Assembly (NCBI RefSeq): GCF_006345805.1
Contig: NC_043000.1
Coordinates: 162,688,001-162,752,000 of the forward strand
Length of the DNA: 64,000 nt
From: Octopus sinensis
Taxonomy: Eukaryota
Direction: 5' to 3'
The translations under genes were made by a program, and so were the position numbers. Below, in pieces: positions 1-12,503 of this stretch. Numbering within the stretch: the stretch's first letter is position 1; the number at the start of each line of letters is the position of its first letter. The notes under the pieces are model-generated. The model was given only the letters and a program-made list of their open reading frames with translations. It had not been told where the DNA came from and ran no database searches.

Positions 1-2333
1 TTCACCATGCACAGTAGAGTTTATACTTCATAGATTAGACTCTTTAAGTCTGAAGCAAACTGGAAGTTATTTACAAGAATAAAGTTGTCAATAAATTTAA
101 AATAAAATATTGAAGTAATATAGATTTATTTTTTCGCCTCATAATTACTTCTAATTAATTGTCTGCTTGTCACTACATTAAAATTCTTAAAACTAACTTC
201 AATTTCTTTTCTAAAACTAAGATGGAGCTTCAGTTTTCACTTGTTTGGGGAAGATATTTGCATGTTATTAAACTTTACCTACGAAACGTTTAACTTCAGG
301 GGTCTAGGGATGATTTAGAGATATCTTATCGTTATGTTTCCGAAAAAATTATTTCAGCAACAATTATCAGTTTTCGATATTTTATTATAGGCAATAATAA
401 TAAAAATTAATTATTGTTTTTCTATCTCTTCTTATCGATTATAGTTTATTTTTTTAATAGTTAAACGTGGAGGTTGATTTTAATTTGCTACAGTTCCTTG
501 TGTGGCTATGTGCGTGCGTGTGTATTGAGAATTGTGTTATATTTTGCTATAACTTTCTCTAGTTTGACGAGAATTCTGTATCACAAAGATATGTTATCAA
601 GTAATGTTAATGTCTCTTTTTGCCTTTAGTTATGTCTTTTGCTATGTAGTTATCACGGATTTAATAGCGATGTATTAGCGATGCCGAGTCAATCGTTTCA
701 AAAGTATGGCGCTTATATATCTATTCTGAGAATGAAAGTCATGAAGTTTACAACATTCATATTTATATCTGAATTAGCAAACATTTACAAAAGAGTTTAA
801 TCAAGGTATCGGAGGCAAGCAATTTGTTACTCGCGAGAAAATGTGTATCAATGCATTTTTTTGTTTTTTGTTACATAGTGCATCAATGTTATTCTATTCT
901 ATAGTCATGGCGTACATAAGTTTTATAAAATACTCTGTACATTTATAGTTTGCATTTACTGTATTCTGTTTTGTTTCTATGGTGATCAGTAGGAAGGGTG
1001 AGTAGACTCTGTGTGGATGTCTTATCTGGCAACTGTTTCTTTTATTCTTCATCGAAGTGTTTCTTTCATGAAAGAGATTTTGAGGAGAGTTTGAAATAGA
1101 TATTATATAACTACCGTTTTCTATCTATGAAGATATTATCGAAACGTGCACAGGAATATATCAGTGAGCTTTTACGGAAGATGATATAACATTTGCTTAT
1201 TATCTCATAATTTACACCTCCAAATGGAATGGTTGGATCACTAAAGATTTTTTATAAGCTATTTTGGTTTTGAAGTGTTTGTTTTTTAAATAAATGGACA
1301 GAAGCAAAATAAGTTTAAAGGGTTGCATCCACTGTATAGAAATGTGCATGCGTTAAAATATAGCAAGAAATATATTAATGTGCATTATAAAGAACATGTA
1401 GAACATTACAACGATCCAAAGGGAAAGCTCCGTACTAAGAAGAAACAAAGATATACAGAGCCTTTGGATGATTAATCTACCGTGGAAGTTATCAAGCATG
1501 AACGTAAACGACGACAAAAACAGCGATTTCATCGAAGTTTTTTGTGATGAGACGCTTCATCTGCGTAACGTAGAAGAGCAAGAAATGAGAAATGACACAA
1601 AGAAATGAGAAAGACATACAGTGATAAACAAGTGGTTCTTTGCAATCGTCTCTTTATGCTGGAATTAAAAGCAATACGTTGGTAGTTGATATGAGAAGAG
1701 GGATAATGTCACCTGGTAACGGGACACAAGTTACATGATAGCATAGACTGGGTTGTATCCCCGTGAAGTGAAAAATTAAAGAGTTTTGTAAGAATATAAC
1801 TGCCATTATCTCATGCTGTATTCAAAAGAAGGCGCTAAGGCTCCTTCACAAATCAACAGTCGACACTACAGCCACAGATGCACTTCTCTTTTATAGCTAT
1901 CAACTCTATTATCTGCGCCTCTGAACTAGTTAACAGAACAGGAAACATACTTGATCTTCTGTCTAACATAGCACAATCGACCTCTATAGTTTAACACGGC
2001 CTGCAAGCCTAGTGGATTACGCCAGGAAATAATCACCAAACTGGAGACCTCACCCGAAGGTTTGCAACTGAGTGAACTGTTCCAAGGCAGCCAAGGGACA
2101 GATGGTGGTGTTAAACCAAGCAATGGATTATGTACATCTAACCGCAAAGAAATCAGAGCGCAAAAGGCTCTTTAAATATCGCTAAACGTTCTGTCCAGAA
2201 CCTTCTGTTCTACTTGTTCTACAATACATTTCAACGCTTCGAAAACAAACTTGTTTGTTTGCATACGGCATAACCTCTACGAAATCTAGCGTTCCTGGGT
2301 AATTCTATAACTTCTTAAATTGCAGAATTATTT

Positions 2334-2418
2334 GGCGGTCAGGCGGTTTAGCTTAAATGGTAAAGCATTCCAACCGGATATTGGAGGGTTGTAAGTTCGA
2401 TTCTCATGGCTGGCTGCC
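2334..2418 (+). pseudogene. tRNA-like sequence (tRNA pseudogene or tRNA-derived repeat head)
   Basis: D arm GCTT-AAATGGTA-AAGC with A box; anticodon-like arm TCCAA-CCGGATA-TTGGA; T arm with B box GTTCGATTC. Acceptor stem is weak and G-U rich, and U33 is absent. Confidence 0.55.
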
Positions 2419-4899
2419 TTGAATAAAATTTATCTTTCGACTTGTTCTCTCCAACAATTCTAGTAATCTATCGTTCTGGGACAAGATCTTTTGTTTTATC
2501 AGACAGGAAAAATGCTTTTCAAAATATTCAGTAATTAAAAATCAATTTAAAAAATACACAAACGTCGAAATTTGTTTTAATCATTTGGGATTTGTAATTA
2601 TTTCTTTGTCTCTCATATTACACACACATTATTTATGTTCCAAGGATGGACATGCACTATAACATTACGCTCAGAGCTGCCGTGTAAATAGCCAAAGCGA
2701 GGAAACGGTAGTTTACACGGATTTTTCTCAAATTCATTGTAGTTACATAGTTTTTTTTTATGTAGGGTCTTCCATATTTTTTAATCTATATGATCGTATA
2801 TTGGCATCAGAGAATATTTTTTAGTGGTTTTCACATTTTATTTATTTATTATTTATTTATATGTTGTAATTGTGTATTATTACTTGGTTAGAGAATATTA
2901 TAAAAATAAATGATTATGTCTATTTATTTCCACTGTTAATCTGCGACTGTGATTAAATTGACTAAGAACACTGTACGCGATGAATATCCAATACCAAACA
3001 ATCTTAATCTCCATATTTAAACCATATTAAACTTTGGCAAGCTTACTATTCTGAGTTACTTGAAAAGTGATGTCCCTTCCTCTCTCTTCTATTTGTCGAT
3101 GCCTTTCTTTACCTACTTAAGAGTTGCTTCACTATAAGGATGCTTATTTAGCCATCCAGTATGATATTTCGAACGCGACATCTTTTCACTGCGAACTGCT
3201 AAAGATTCAAAGTAGTATACGTAAACTGAAGTCAAATTCTTCATGTCTTCATTTTTCTTTACCTGAAGTCAATTTCAGAGTTCGTACACTCTAATCACGT
3301 GGCAAATACATTCCTTTAACTCTAGTGTTTCAAGAAGGTATCATATTGCTATTTTTGAACGTACCAATCATATATTCTCCGAAAAAATAGCTCCCTTTTT
3401 CTGTTGAATAAAATAAACTCGCAGTGGGAAGTTCAACGTTTTCTTTCAAATTCCTTACATTTATGTGGCTGCTTCTGACAAGAAATTTCGCTTTCTTGTA
3501 AAACAACTATATTTTGTAGTCATCCGTAATCTACTCACAAAACACTTCAGCAGCTCCACTTTGCATCGCTTGCAAACTTATATGTTCTATGATCATTGAA
3601 AGGCAGCGACCTCCACAATAACCAGCCTTCAATTTGGTTTTCTGTTGCTAGGTTAATAGGAAACATAGATTGCCGTGCTACTCATAAACCTTCTCGGTAC
3701 TTCAATTATTGGTGGAAAAAAAAAACACCATCAAAGCAACTTAAACCGTCCAAAGGACGGGTGCGTTTGCTAGTTATAAATATTAGGAAGAGATATTTTC
3801 ATTAAAAATACTTGCTTACACAATTTAGACATTAAAGCATTGCGTTTGAGAAAGTAATGTGCTTTACCAAAGCTATACTGATATACACATTCACCATAAA
3901 CAAGAGATTTAAGGAATTTCAGAGATAGAAATCTTCAAACAAATTTTATTTGTACGTAATTTGTGTGTATATGTGAGTGTGCGCGTACACGTGCGTGTGT
4001 TTGTTCCATGGTTTCATATATATATACATGCAGGTGTAGATATTGTTATATATATACTTAGTAATACATTATCTAAATGTATCCTATTCTTCAACATAGC
4101 AGTCTATTTCCCTCTCACATATTTTTGTATATGTAGCTGCACAAACAAGTCTGTTGCTGTAAGTTTATCGATGATATATTTTCTGATTTACACATTTATA
4201 TAAAAGAAAATTAAACACTATATTTATATAGATTATATGAAATTTCGCTGACAGCTAATTTTTGATCTCGAGTAATTTGCAGTTAGTAGATTTCTAGTAT
4301 TTCATCGGGGATTAACTTAATCGAATCTTTCTTTCAGTTCATGTTTGAAAGAAATGACTTTATATTTTCTCAAAAGAGCAGGTTTTACATAAACATTGTA
4401 TTAGGTTCTTACGTAACTAAACCTACATTTTTGACATCATAGTAAATTATTTATCAACAACAGAAATCTGAAAATACTGATTTTGCGCCATCTCTTTTTC
4501 CCCTCTTATATTTTTCACCTCCTTGACGCGAAACGATGTACTTGAAAATTTCGAGTGCATTTGAAACAATCACTTGTCGAATAGGATGTTGATAGTTATC
4601 TTTTGATACATGTCAAAGAATTTAGCAGAAACCACAGTCGTACTAGTATTTGAAGCTATCTTTGCAAACAGGAAAATTACTTAAAGCTTGTACTTTTAAG
4701 TGCTCTTCCTGCCAATAATTGAATCTAAAGCATTAAATATATTTTTTATAAATTCATATCGTGATATTATTTTGGTCCTCTTTTTTTTAAAAAAGTCAGC
4801 TGATAAATTCATTTCCAATACTTTATTTGCTCAACTATAATTTTCTACTGAACAAAATATAGCGAAGACAACAAACAAGTACAATGCAGCCCTACAAAA

Positions 4900-5510
4900 T
4901 ATGAAATAACGCATCTTCATATATGGGGCACCAATGGCCTACTCTAGCAAAGAGTTATTATTGTTGGAGACATAACGGAGTGTAGGAGGTTAACCTAGGA
5001 TTTTTTGTTGAAATTTGTACAGTGAACATTTGAATTTTATAGGATCGGTTTACGTTTTGAAATATTTTGGTATGGTATTAAAGAGAGCTGGACCGGTTGA
5101 GGTAAAGTAATTGTGACATAATGTTGCTATGTGTACCGAGTTCGATTTTTGTAGTGGGCGGATAGCAGGGGTCCAAGTTTTGGATGGATTTTAAAATAGA
5201 TGCCGACAGCATTTGTGCAATATTGATGGAATATTTACATATAACACAAATGATGTAGCTCTCCCGGCGGCGATGGAGAGAGAAAAGATTGAGTTTTTTT
5301 AGTTGACCCCAGTAATCAATGCCTCTCATATCGTCAATCTTTCTTGCTATGGACCTCTGGAATGTTTCTACTTTCACAATGAGTTGCTTCGTATGGTGGG
5401 GTGACCACAGTGGGCAACAGTACTCAATGAGGGGACGGGCAAAAGTAGAGTAGAGAAGGATGATGGTGAAGGCATCTCTAGAACGGAAAGTTCTCAGAAT
5501 CCAGGAGCAC

Positions 5511-5512
<2 letters not shown>
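4900..5512 (-). mobile_element. Decayed 3' fragment of a CR1/L2-group LINE (RT C-terminal region)
   Basis: ORF 5078-5512 contains LYSTFARPLIEYCCPLWSPH...VETFQR...LKKLNLFSLHRRRE, the post-RT motif set of CR1-group ORF2. Confidence 0.8.
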
Positions 5513-5547
<35 letters not shown>

Positions 5548-5551
<4 letters not shown>

Positions 5552-6161
5552 GTCATCCCATAAGTTCTGGCTGATTTTACCTTTTTAAAAATTGAATGAA
5601 ATTTAATAGTATTTTAGAATGTCTAATGGAATTAAAAATTATTTTTAAGCATTTGTGTACATTTAAACTAATTAAATATTATTTTACAAAATAATAGAAT
5701 TAAAATTTCTTTGATTACAACCCTTTCTAACGTGGAAGTATCCAAAGAGTATTTGAGACGCATAATGCTTTATGAGTACAAAAAGGGAAAGTCTGTTGCC
5801 GAAGCGACTCGAAATATACACTCAGTTTATGGGAAAGAATGCTTGAATGAAAGAAAAATTCCTCATCCACCTTATTCTCTCGATCTTGCTCCTTCAGACT
5901 TCTATTTGTTTCGTAGTTTACGGAATCATTTCGGGGACATAACTTTCGCAATCCTAGAGGAGGTCGAAACTGACATTTCAGAGTTCTTCGCTTTGAAACC
6001 AAAAGAGTTTACATTGATGGGATAAAAAAGCTTTTAAATAGAGGGAGGAAGTCATAGATAATCAGAGAAAATACATTGATGATTAAATTTTAATTAAATA
6101 TAACATTTGATCACTTTATTTCTTTATTCAAAATTCGGACGGAACTTATGAGATGATCTGA
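5548..6161 (+). mobile_element. Internally deleted mariner (Tc1/mariner) element
   Basis: About 30-bp TIRs (TCAGGTCATCCCATAAGTTC... / ...GAACTTATGAGATGATCTGA) with TA on both sides. ORF 5711-6025 has the mariner N-terminal HTH (LYEYKKGKSVAEATRNIHSVYG) joined to HPPYSLDLAPSDFYLF (YSPDLAP motif). Confidence 0.9.
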
Positions 6162-6166
6162 TACAA

Positions 6167-6270
6167 GTGCTCCTGGATTCTGAGAACTTTCTGGTCTATA
6201 GATGCCTACACCATCATCCTTTTCTACCCTACGTTTTCCCGAACCCACCTTGAGTACTTTTGCCCACTGT

Positions 6271-6271
<1 letters not shown>
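6167..6271 (+). mobile_element. CR1/L2-group LINE fragment, inverted counterpart of 5406-5510
   Basis: 105 bp alignable without gaps to the reverse complement of 5406-5510 (about 13 mismatches by eye). Confidence 0.8.
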
Positions 6272-6309
<38 letters not shown>

Positions 6310-6515
6310 CAATGATAAATATCAAAGTGAGTTATATACAGTAGCGGTAACACATCGTGACGTATTTTTGCCATTTCAATATGGCTAACCCCTAAGGGTG
6401 GATGCTACTGTAGTTTTTAGCCCCAGGAGGACACACTCCTCCAGCTGGCCATAGACACACTTTCTGTGTCCTGTCAGTATTTGCAAATGGAAGTCATCCT
6501 TCCCGTCTTCAACTT

Positions 6516-6574
6516 ATGATACACACGGACTCGAGTTTCGAGGTATTGACCTCTCGTCAGCGTGTGACAATCAT
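6516..6574 (-). ncRNA. Type I hammerhead ribozyme (minus-strand copy)
   Basis: Reverse complement of the 6862-6920 motif. Confidence 0.85.
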
Positions 6575-6861
6575 AGTTGTCGGCGAGAATTAGATTTCCT
6601 TCACAAATACTTATACTTTTTCCAGCGTCCACTGTCGCTGATATTGAAAAAGTGAAATCAAACAATGATAAATATCAAAGTGAGTTATATACAGTAGCGG
6701 TAACACATCGTGACGTATTTTTGCCATTTCAATATGGCTAACCCCTATCAACTCACTTAGATATTTATCATTGTTTGATTTCACTTTTTCAATATCAGCG
6801 ACAGTGGACGCTGGAAAAAGTATAAGTATTTGTGAAGGAAATCTAATTCTCGCCGACAACT

Positions 6862-6920
6862 ATGATTGTCACACGCTGACGAGAGGTCAATACCTCGAAA
6901 CTCGAGTCCGTGTGTATCAT
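6862..6920 (+). ncRNA. Type I hammerhead ribozyme
   Basis: Stem I CACACG/CGTGTG (extended by ATGAT/ATCAT); core CTGACGA; stem II GAGGT-CAAT-ACCTC; GAAA; minimal stem III AC-TCGA-GT; GUC cleavage triplet at 6906-6908. Confidence 0.88.
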
Positions 6921-7076
6921 AAGTTGAAGACGGGAAGGATGACTTCCCTTTGCAAATACTGACAGGACACAGAAAGTGTGTCTATGGCCAGCTGGAGGAG
7001 TGTGTCCTCCTGGGGCTAAAAACTACAGTAGCATCCACCCTTAGGGGTTAGCCATATTGAAATGGCAAAAATACGT

Positions 7077-7117
<41 letters not shown>

Positions 7118-7261
7118 TATTTTTTAACTGTCCAATGAAAGGGAACATGAAACTTTGAGTAACAGGTTTTGTGATATTTTTTAACGCATATTACTCTACC
7201 TTCGGTATTCGAATACTATTTTTCCACTTTTTTTCGCATTTAGGTGCTTACTCTGTATGTA

Positions 7262-7300
<39 letters not shown>

Positions 7301-7610
7301 TTTTTTGCCACGAACGTACCTGTGGCCACACAAGTGTTTTTTCCTAGATATTTTTTTAACAAAAACTAAGGGATACTCCACTTGTACTGGTTATACAGCA
7401 CGCCAGATACTATCCTTGCGGTATTGCTAGACAAAAATTGAGCCTTTAATAGGTTCATCCGATCTGTCCTTTCTACAGTCATGGTAAGTTTCTAGCAATC
7501 CACCTCATAAGACAAGCTTTTAAGGGAGCCGGTTTAGTCGCCGAAAGTTCAGTGATGAAACATTGTTCTAAGCTAAATGTTACCAATAGCACTCTTGGTC
7601 GACTTGTCAC

Positions 7611-8060
7611 CACATACATACATACACACATACATACAGAGAGACAAACAGATAAATAGATAGATACATACATACATACATACATACATACATACATTCA
7701 TACATACATACATACATACATACATACATACATTCATACATACATGCATGCATACATACATACATACAGAGAGACAAACAGATAAATAGATAGATAGATA
7801 CATACATACATACATACATACATACATTCATACATACATACATACATACATACATACACACATACATACATACATTCATACATACATGCATGCATACATA
7901 CATACATACAGAGAGACAAACAGATAAATAGATAGATACATACATACATACATACATACATACATTCATACATACATGCATACATACATACATACATACA
8001 TTCATACATACATGCATGCATACATACATACATACATACATACATACATACATACATACA

Positions 8061-8090
<30 letters not shown>
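7611..8090. repeat. Compound (TACA)n microsatellite with higher-order unit
   Basis: (TACA)n interrupted three times by CAGAGAGACAAACAGATAAATAGATAG. Confidence 0.9.
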
Positions 8091-8092
<2 letters not shown>

Positions 8093-8199
8093 AAATAACA
8101 GGTCGTCTCAGCTCCTCTCTACATAAAGTATCTTGGGTGTGGGAGGCGACCGCCTCCCTTGAGGTACGGAGTCAAAGATCGGAATCTGTATTTATGAGG

Positions 8200-8230
<31 letters not shown>

Positions 8231-8903
8231 TGTGTGTGTGTATACACACACACACACACGCGTATATTCTATTTATGTATATATATATATAGTCATTGAA
8301 AAGCTTCCTTGATGTGAATAAGTGTCTCAACCACAAGCAATTTATCTTTAAAATAACATAATGCAGGAGGAACTTTGTTAATTGCTGCATCTTTCTTCTC
8401 TAAGAATGCTGACCGCAACGGTAAAATTCTTTTCAATATTTTATGAGTTATTAAAAGAATAATTTTCTACTATCATTGTCTACGTTAAATTTATATTCGT
8501 ATCCGTCTTCTATTTCTATGTAAAACTTTTCAGCATCAAATATAGTAGACTTTACAAATACTGGTTCATTGAATTATTCATACATATAATGAGATGCTAT
8601 AAATAAAACGTTATACAAAAGACTTCCTGGACAAGTCCACGAACATATGCTCACTTATATATGAAATATATGGTGATGTAATTTTTGTTGCTTAAGGTTA
8701 TTCTATTGCAAATAGTATAGAAAAGCATTATTTTACCAGTATTCAAGTAGGATATATTTTGAAAATTGTGGTAGTTGTACAATTGTACAAAAAATTTTAA
8801 AAGAACAATCTTGAAGTTTTGTAATATTTTGTTTATATCACACTTATTCCGTGTTGACTACATCTCATGAATTGTTGTATTTTATTTTACAGGTGAGATA
8901 ACA

Positions 8904-9850
8904 ATGGCTTCTAGACATTGCAAGATATCAGCTGATTGGTTTTGTTATGTCTGTGGACATTACTCTGGCCCCAAACAAGTCGTTTTCTTTTGCAGGATAC
9001 CAAATATTATGACGCATATACAAGTACTTCGGTACTCCCATTGGAGACCTCGACAAGTCCATATTCTGAATCAACAAATGAGTTTGATATTGGAACGTCG
9101 GATAATGTCAAAGATTGATAAGACGTAGGAGAAGAGGATGCTAATGTGAAGAACCCCACTAAACAAAGCAGCAATGAAACCTACTGGATGCAGAAACTAT
9201 AATTTTGAATTAAGGAATATAGCAGGCAGCTTTTTGCTCTCTTGAATTCATTGTCTGAGTTGCTATGATTTTGTATTAAAATTCTGTTTGAGCGATTGAT
9301 TTTAGGGCGTCTTCTAATTGGTACCTCTGTGAGAAATCTGAAAGCAATACTACTTCACAACGGCAACCAGGGTCCATCTATCCATATTGGTCGTATACTT
9401 GCTTGAAAAGATCGATTATGATGGCTACAAACGTGTTGAATACAGTAATTTCAAGATGTTGGTATTTCTCTGATTCTGGAACATATACTAAGTACCTTTT
9501 TCTTGTTGTGCTTTGGAGTAGCAGAGATAGAGAAAACTATTATGTGAAAGAAGAATGTCAAAAAGCATCGTCTCTGCAGCTGAGTACACAAAGTGTAAGT
9601 CATGATGATCATGTATACAGGGACAAGTTTCTTCTACATCTGTTCCACAGATTTGCCTTACAAAACAATTCATTACAGCCTTCGACCAGAATAAGAAAGT
9701 CTATGCTAACATATGAACGAGGTTTCGGAAGTTGTTTGATGCAAATCTGCTACTGGCCTGTTTGTTGGACTTCAGACGAAGGATATACTTGCATTCAAAC
9801 TTTTCTTATGAAAATGGCACTGGTAGAAATAAAGAACAGACGATGTTAAA
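8904..9850 (+). mobile_element. Heavily decayed DNA-transposon transposase, probably Chapaev-3/CMC-like
   Basis: Fragments MASRHCKISADWFCYVCGHY, LKAILLHNGNQGPSI (about 9338-9382), GTYTKYLFLVVLWSSRDRENYYVKEE and GLFVGLQ match the recalled family motifs FCYICG, LKAVLLHNGN, GYTKYxCFLCLWDSR and GIFVGPQIR. Superfamily assignment is from memory. Confidence 0.6.
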
Positions 9851-9930
9851 CTGTACTCCAGAATATTGTTAATATGTCTCGAGGCAACAGAAACCCTAAG
9901 TGATCGATTGAATATTGAATATTAAAAAAT

Positions 9931-10330
9931 TATACAAATATCACATCTTATATTTCTGAGGAGCAGAAGAGTTATCTATAAATGCTTATCAATATAGGAT
10001 TCCATTATTCTATATTATCTAAGTCTATGAACTATATTCTGAATACAGGAAAATATAATGGATTTTACACATAACTATTATGGATTATTACAGGAGACTT
10101 TCCAAGGAAGCATATATGGATTTAAAGACTCTCATACTAAAGTGTACTTATCAAAATCAAAAGCAGTAAGTTTTAAATTTTAATTTATATTTCAAACAAA
10201 CACCATTTTCCCATATTAATTCATTTTTTTTTTAAATACCATTCGATAAATCATACAAATTTCACATTTTATATCTCTGAAGAGCAGAAGAGTTGTCTAT
10301 TAATGCTTATCAATATAGGATTCCATTATA
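9931..10330. repeat. Diverged ~78-bp direct duplication (9931-10009 and 10252-10330)
   Basis: Both copies contain CTGA(G/A)GAGCAGAAGAGTT(A/G)TCTAT(A/T)AATGCTTATCAATATAGGATTCCATTAT. Confidence 0.8.
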
Positions 10331-10633
10331 GGGACAGCACTTCTACGAAACGATCGTAAGATACTTTATAAACTTAATTCGAAACTTTTAAACTGTCATA
10401 TTTCTTATTATATATTTATACTTATATATATTTACATATATTTATATATACTTATATTTTTTATACAACAATTATTTTACACACGTATAAATCTTTCTGC
10501 AGAATTTTCCAATATTGATTTCCTGATATTAATAATATATTATATAAAATATATATTAAAAAATTATGTCTTCATACAACTAAATCGTAAAAAATAAAAG
10601 AAGCAAGTAAACATAGTTTTCCTAATAAAGCCA

Positions 10634-10892
10634 ATACGACGACGGCAAATAAATATCGAAGGAATTTATATTTCAACTGCAACATCTATTGCAAATTCAC
10701 TACAAGTATCATTAATTATTAACTGTATTCTGTTTTTTATTACTATTAATTAAAATAATGTTATTTACGATACGACCATGGTAATAAACATCGAAGAAAT
10801 GTTTATTTCAATAACAACCTCCATTGCAAATTCGCTACAAATATCTCTAACTCTTAACTGTATTCAATTTATAATTGCAGTTAATTAAAATG
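10634..10892. repeat. Diverged ~135-bp tandem duplication
   Basis: ATACGAC...AATAAA(T/C)ATCGAAG...ATTGCAAATTC(A/G)CTACAA...TTAACTGTATTC...TTAATTAAAAT occurs twice. Confidence 0.7.
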
Positions 10893-11610
10893 CGGGATAG
10901 CCTCCCCTGAGACATTTGACTCGAATTTATTATTTAACTAATGAATTTTTCTCCTAACTATAGGTGCGTTTTTAAATAAATAAAAATTTGTTAATCATTG
11001 TGGTTTGAAATACGGTTTTGTTAAATTTATTGTTTCTTGCTAAAAATGCAGGACACAAAGTTAACATTCGTTGAGAATAAAAGAGATGGAAAGATTCCCT
11101 TGTTACTGTAGTGAGCTGTTCGGACAGTTTACTGTGAATAATCTGATTATGATGAAGCACAAGCATGAACAGTCGCAATACTAGCTGTGGTAGGATCAAG
11201 TGCGCAGAATTCGATGACTTTCTGTCAAGTAGGATGAATTCAACATATAACGTTTTATTGCAAAGCCAGCCTGGCGTTCGAGATGGATATTTAGCAGTTC
11301 CTATTTAGAAGAATAGCAATTGAAAATATATAGATAGTTCCGTTGAGTAGCGAAGTCGGGAAGCATTATTTACCAGCCAAGTTCTTCGTCACTCATTCGT
11401 ATCTATCGTGGATTTATCATATAAATTACTCTCTTTACGTGAAAGAACATATCGTATCAAATGGCAGTGGCAACGCTAAGCAGATGCATGGAATAGTTAT
11501 GTAATTATTTGATTATTAGGTTATCAATTTTAACCTTCAGAATCATCCAAATCCTATACTCGAGAATATTAATTAAACTTTTCGAGCGGCTATACACACA
11601 CACACACACA

Positions 11611-11707
<97 letters not shown>

Positions 11708-12269
11708 TACATATACACTGTAGGAGACACACAGAGGGAATTTATACATAAATCAAGAAATAAAGAGAGAAGAAAATATGAATCTGTTATCAAATTTTTC
11801 CAGAGATATCATATACAAACAGGTGTGCTTTATTTAAGAGATATTTACAAGTTACTTTTTGCAAACATTTATAATATTGTTACGTTATTTAAGAGAATTT
11901 TCTAACAATTGTCGAGTAAGCTGTTTTAAATTCAAATATGGTTTAAACGAATAAGCATCATCAGCAGCAGCAGCAGCAACAGTGGCAGCAACACCAACAG
12001 CAGTAGAAGTATTACCGGTCATGGCGGATAATATCGCAGATGACCAAAAGTAAACTAGCAATTTTTTTCAGAACTATGTAAATAATAGTAATAGTAAACT
12101 AATAATAACGACGACAATAACAACAATAATAATGATAATAATGCTTTCTACTATAGGCACACGGCCTGATATTTTGGGCAGACGAGAGTGGTCGATTACA
12201 TCGACCCCAGTATTTCACTGGTTGACCTCGGAAGATGATCAGAAGATTTTAGATGAGTTGTAGGAGGTA

Positions 12270-12503
12270 ATGAGTAAAGAAGTAGCAAAATGATATGGGT
12301 GGAGCACTTGCAGAAAACAGCACTGCTTGGAACCGCTCGAATACTCCGGATGGTGCTCGAAAAATAAGGGGTGTTACTTTAGTTCACTGGTAGTGAACAG
12401 CTGACACTGTAGTACATCTCCTACGTTAGACGCTGTGCAAAAACAATAAAATAATAATATTAATAATAATAATAACAATAACAATAACAAAAATGATAAT
12501 AAT
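12270..12503 (+). mobile_element. 3' end of an R4/Dong-like RLE non-LTR retrotransposon with (AAT)n tail
   Basis: 12302-12367 translates EHLQKTALLGTARILRMVLEK*, the typical R4/Dong C-terminus, followed by a short UTR and an (AAT/AAC)n tail. Confidence 0.7.

Larger units (their letters stand above)
6308..7079. mobile_element. Non-coding hammerhead-ribozyme element (retrozyme / non-autonomous Penelope-like): 353-bp unit, partial tandem plus inverted arm
   Basis: AACAATGATAAATATC recurs at 6308 and 6661 (period 353). 6750-7079 is the reverse complement of 6357-6686 with about 2 mismatches. (TA)n flanks both ends and each arm carries a hammerhead. Confidence 0.85.

Noticed and set aside
6474-6962. 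Twin 63-aa ORFs (MFDFTFSISATVDAG...)
   Set aside because: They are mirror products of the inverted repeat, with TTG starts, no protein motif, and overlap with the ribozyme.
8101-8175. HDV-like ribozyme
   Set aside because: A P1-like helix is present but P3/L3 and the nested pseudoknot could not be built.
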